Shown piece by piece: positions 59,265 through 64,000 of a DNA stretch of 64,000 nt. Position numbers and translations under genes: made by a program. The DNA is from Psammoneis japonica (taxonomy: Eukaryota). The stretch spans positions 1-64,000 of the forward strand of contig QPGO01000152.1 of the NCBI GenBank assembly GCA_008632985.1, in the 5' to 3' direction. Position 1 is the first letter of the stretch. Each line of letters opens with the position of its first letter. Under the pieces are notes generated by a model. That model did no database searches and had not been told where the DNA came from. It was given only the letters and a program-made list of their open reading frames with translations.

Positions 59265-62153
59265 TCATCTATCAGAAATATCGCTCTCAGATGTTGAAGC
59301 AGCCTCTGTTTGTGGCGTGCCTCCGTTTGAGCACATCTTGGATGACGTGAGCATGGTCAATCGACGACTCTTATCGGATTTGTTCGACATGATGGAAGTG
59401 ATCTGGGAGACATCCATACCGGTGACGTTAATGTCGTCAATTGCAACTGTTAACAAGGGACAAGATACCAATTCAGTCAGAAAAAGGGTTCAAAAATGTG
59501 CCACGGCATTGAAAAAGCAAATTGCCTACCTAGTTTGTCCCCGGGAACGAGCTTTCCGTACAGCGGGCTAGTGGGACGAACGAGTGAAACTACTGTTCCA
59601 CGGTCGACCCTGCTTCTGTTGGCAAGAACGACACCAAGCTTCCCAGGTGGGACAATGACGATTACTCTTTGCTTCTGGATGGATCTTGCTGATTTGTGTG
59701 TAATGTTATCGTTCGTCTCCGATTCGGAATAGTTGGAACCCGAGAACCCCCCTCCACCCGACTGAAACTGTGCAAGGTCGACTTCGAGTCTATGGAGATT
59801 CGACGAATATCGGCGACTTGTCACTGACGTTTCACTTCGTGAAGAATCCGCATGGCTGCTTCTGCTGACCCGACGGCGCCTTGTTCGTACCGGCTGACTC
59901 CTGGTAGATCGTTGTGAGCGTTGAGATTTCGTAGACTTGCAAGACCGACCACTGAGAGATTCCAAATCAGCAGACATGGATCGTGGTCCTAGAGTGCTTT
60001 CGACCGCATCGTACAACCAAGAGGTCGGTGAGCCATCCGATGCGTCTGATGATTCTGATGAGACGGATGCCGCCGCATCGGCAGGAAATCCTCCGGTTGG
60101 ACGTCTCCCACCACGTTGCTTTGAGGTGTCGCTACTAAGGAAAGACAGGCCCTCCGACGAACCGAAGTCAGAAGAAGAGGCAGCAATCACGGGGTCACCA
60201 CTGCTTTCGTCAGATTGAGACACCGGGGCCACTACACGATGAGGAGGAGTAGAACGTCGCAAGACTCGTCCGGGGAGAGGCAATGAAGAGGATCGTCGAG
60301 GTTCCGGGGAAATGCTACGCATCTTTCTCGGTCCACCACTAGAAGAGAATGCGGAGATTCTGGCATCGGGCAAGTGAGACTGTTGCGTCTCTCCATCGCA
60401 ATCTTGATTTGCATGATTAGAGGACAGGCTCTGAGTGTCGCACATGAGCGTGTTTTGTGCTTCGGGGTCGCCGAAATTGAGTTCCTCACTAGACGAAGTA
60501 CCGTCTGAACTTCCCATCGCTTCGCTTGAAGAAGAAGACGAAGAAGCACTAGAACAGACACTCGATACGGTGGAGTCTCTATCCTCCATACTTTCTCCGT
60601 TAGACTCCTCTTCAGAATCGGAAGCATACTTCTCCTCCCCAGCCTCGAAGCAGACATCAAGGTCATCTCCAACAACACTTTTGCGATTGCTGCGAGGTGG
60701 TGGAACCACGGCTGATGGAGACGTGTACACGGAACCATCCTCAAAGCTACTCGGTGAAGATGACCGCTTTCTTCGGGAAGGCTTTCGCCCGGCAGTGTGT
60801 TCCCCGAGAGTCGTGTCGGCAAGGGACCGGCCGTCATTGTCCAACTGCAAAATATCAGGAACTGGTTCCATGGGAGTTGCCAGATTGCCACGCCGAGGTG
60901 TAGACCCGTGACTGTTGTCTTGGTTTGAACCGCGCGACGGTGTACCCGGAAACAGGTAGCTTCCGCCGCGTGATGCCTCTTGCTCCTGATCGTCGACTTG
61001 TTTTACTGGTCGTCGCCGACACCAAAAGCCTAACAGAAAGCACGCAACCAACGCAGCGACCAACCCGCAAACAATGGCAGAAATAGTAGCGGGCGACAAG
61101 TCGTCGTTCGAGTTCGAGGCTGGCACATGGACGACAGTCGGTGCCATGGATGGGGTGTCTGTGTCGTCGCCATTATTATTCCTCCAGGAAACATTGGACG
61201 GAGGACCTGTTACCACAACCATAGTAGACGGTGACATGGACGGAATCTCAGAAGGCGCCAGTGACGGCGCAAATGACGGTGTCAATGACGGAGCAGTGGA
61301 TGGACTGCTGCTCTCTGTGATAGTCGGGAATGCAGATGGCATGAGACTTGGAGCTTGTGAATGTTCCCGAATGCTTGGTGCAGCAGACGGAACTGAAGAA
61401 ACAGTCGGAGCCAAACTGGGTACGGCAGATGGAGCCGGTGTATCAAGCCCATCAATAAGTTCAATGTCGCTCACACTTGTAAAGGCGCTGTTCTCTCGAA
61501 GCAAGTTTCGAAAGCCGACACGACCACCACTTCCTCGATTAAAGCCGTTCAGCACAAGCGACTCCACAGTCTCAAGCTCGAGCGGTTCACTCGAGTTGTT
61601 GGATCCGGCAAAGACCATTTGCTCCAAATAAATCTCTATTGTGTAGAATTCAATCCCTGGAATGGTCGGACTCGTATCAAGCACCCGGTTGGTGGCCAAA
61701 ATGGTGCACTGCGTGTCAATGATAGAACCATCAACCACAACATAAGTGGACTCGACCGTCAGTCCAACTTCATCCGCAGCCTTGCGTACTTGAGTGCCTC
61801 CAGCCTGTTGCCGAGAGGAAAAGCGTGCTGCAAGTTAGCACCATGACGCATTGATGAAGGACACACGCACTACTCTTCCTTTTACATACCTGTTCATGGA
61901 CCGATCTACAAAAATGGTTGACAATTGCATCTTCTGGATCCTTCTGTTCGAGGGCCGTTGCGGTTTCATCATCTACAACAGAAAGCGACATTGTCAAGGT
62001 TACCGTATATGGTTCTAGCAGCTCTAATTCTCTAGTTTCTTGTCGTCGACTAGTTCCTCGCAGCAGAAACCCAGCATTGGCTCCACCCATGTAGAGAGAT
62101 AGAAACACAAGAACGCCATTCAACCTGCAGCTCATCCTTCGGCAATCTCTCAT
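59265..62153 (-). CDS. Single-pass membrane protein: signal peptide, PS/PT-rich stalk, TM helix, Ser-rich tail, C-terminal PDZ; introns near 59450-59530 and 61810-61890
   Basis: PSAVPSLAPT repeats; TM ISAIVCGLVAALVACFLLGFW; VPPGKLGVV...SPLYGKLVPGDKL/VAIDDINV PDZ motif. Confidence 0.8.
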
Positions 62154-63000
62154 GATTTTCTCGCGGTTATGAATGAAGAAAACAAAGAAAAAGGGTATCG
62201 ACGAGTGGTTGTAGGAATCGGAGTGACGAGAAGTGACCCGTGGCCAGTCCACTTGTCTCGCTGGCAGGAGTACCAACTACCAACCTCACACGTAGTCCGT
62301 TGGCGGGAGCAAGTTTTCAGACATGTTTTTTCGATCGTAGGTTCGAAGGAAACAGTATGGAGTAAAAAAAAGAGTCAGTCTGACTGTTGGATTCTGCTCC
62401 TTCTCAATATTAGTATGTCCCGCATGATTGTCATGGGAATAAAATGACACCATAAAAAGCATCACGGTATATTCCATTCGCCAGATTGAAGATCAAGCCA
62501 GAAATTCAGTCTCATATTGTCGCGTAACATACACCCCTCTCTGATTTATGCTCCATTCATTTGCTCTACCAGAAGTAAGATTGGTTATTTTACATAATTT
62601 ACGTGCAGTACCAGCCGTCTTTCGCCATCAACGGGCTCCTCCGCGGGACGCCATGTTGTGGTTGACTTTTTTCGTTGGCAACCTATTTTTTGCGACGTTG
62701 ATGGTCTGATGGTTGTTGCTTGGAGTTGTACCACCCCTGAAGGTAGCATAGTTCATAACGATTTATTCAAAGATTAAGGCTTATTATTCTTCTCATGGAT
62801 GCCATTTCCTCAGGTGCTCGCATGATCAGGGGTTGACGGTGGACGGTGGACGGTGGATCGCAGATTATCGCGGATATTTTTCTGCAGAGCTCAATGACGA
62901 ACGGCAGCCGCAGAAGCACAGTAACAGCATTATCACCACCACCCTTTAACCAGTACAATAAGAAACAACGGCGCTCTCTATAAGTTACGCTACAGTCAGT

Positions 63001-64000
63001 ATGGAAGGAACACCCGAAGAAGATGCCGCGGCAAAAGCCTTCCGTGCTATATCGTCTCACATAAACGAGTGGGCGTCACCGTTGGTTGGAACTGTTGATT
63101 TAGCTCCACGATACTACGACGACGAAGAAGAAGACTTTATGGAAGAAGAGGAGGACGACGTGATGGATTGGACGAATCGGCTGTCGTCTCCTACTGCAGC
63201 AGCAGCAACGTTTACTCCGCAGAAACGAGGCAACAACGGGACCGAAACGCCCGTCATGAGCAATTCCAGGAAACAACAGCGACAGCCTTCTCCGTTGGAA
63301 TTAGCAGAGACAGTGACCACTCCAGAAGCAGAAACTGATATTGAGCCCGTCGAAGTGGTTGGAGTGCAAACTCCGTGGCAGCATCCACCAGCACTACGAC
63401 CAACAACAGCTACAACAAGAGGCGATGATCACTATGAGTACCGCCGATACCACGATGCACTTCTTACGTACTGTACCGCACGGCGAAATGTCGTAAAGCG
63501 GTTGGAACTACAACAAGAACAAGCCAGCATCATGGTGGATCCTGTGGATGTCACTCTTGTTTCGGATGAGACTCGAGTGGACAGAGACTTTTTACAAGCT
63601 TTGTCGGCAGTGTGTCTCGATTCTTCTGCTGAAAATGACATGCGAGAGGGCAATTTCTGGGCTCTGCTTGTCAAGCTCCGGTCTCTGGGACTGCCGTCGC
63701 TCTTGTTTGCGGACGATACTGCTCATCAAGCTGAGTATCAACAAGAGATTGAAAAGATTACAAGTGAATTGGCTCTGGAAATACACAAGAGTCCGATGGT
63801 GCTACTCGAGGACTTGGAGTACAGGGCGACCATGGTGTTGAGTCGACGAAAACTTATCCTCGAGTGGTTGCAGCAGTGCCAATCCTTTCTCTTGTCTCAA
63901 GTCGCCATGCCCTCCAAGAGTCAATCCACCATGTGGTCTGCGTCCCTGTCACGCTTAGAGCAAGGATCCAAGAAGCTTGCTGAAAAGGTAGACACGCTTC
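63001..64000 (+). CDS. 5' part of a gene running off the window; possibly nucleoporin Nup107/Nup84
   Basis: Open frame from ATG 63001 to the window end; EGNFWALL...RRKLILEWLQ resembles the Nup84/107 E..W.L...WLE pattern; identity uncertain. Confidence 0.5.
   Translation, partial: MEGTPEEDAAAKAFRAISSHINEWASPLVGTVDLAPRYYDDEEEDFMEEEEDDVMDWTNRLSSPTAAAATFTPQKRGNNGTETPVMSNSRKQQRQPSPLELAETVTTPEAETDIEPVEVVGVQTPWQHPPALRPTTATTRGDDHYEYRRYHDALLTYCTARRNVVKRLELQQEQASIMVDPVDVTLVSDETRVDRDFLQALSAVCLDSSAENDMREGNFWALLVKLRSLGLPSLLFADDTAHQAEYQQEIEKITSELALEIHKSPMVLLEDLEYRATMVLSRRKLILEWLQQCQSFLLSQVAMPSKSQSTMWSASLSRLEQGSKKLAEKVDTL

Overview
Eukaryotic genomic DNA, most likely from a pennate diatom (diatom-type Ty1/copia elements, short GT-AG introns, dense host genes). 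Bases 1-~20,900 are a repeat block. It holds two decayed, tail-to-tail copia LTR retrotransposons (1098-8197 on +, 8508-15434 on -, the second with a 5-bp TSD), a 161-bp tandem repeat, and older unrecognisable decayed DNA. Bases ~21,000-64,000 are gene-dense: Asp/Asn beta-hydroxylase, APH-1, a DUF1517 protein, PIG-A, a G3BP-like protein, LAMTOR2, endonuclease V, PRPP synthetase, a CAP-Gly/Kir channel fusion and others. The standout signal is a repeat-restricted, context-specific A:T->G:C hypermutation at TpA (TA->TG/CA), the inverse of fungal RIP. TpA is almost absent from repeats, conserved retroelement tyrosines read as Cys or His, paired LTRs differ mainly at TA/TG/CA sites, and surviving TpA sits almost only in YTAR context, which implies a TAY target. 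This suggests a possibly undescribed genome-defence system based on adenine editing. The pattern is seen directly; the mechanism is inference. All counts were made by eye.
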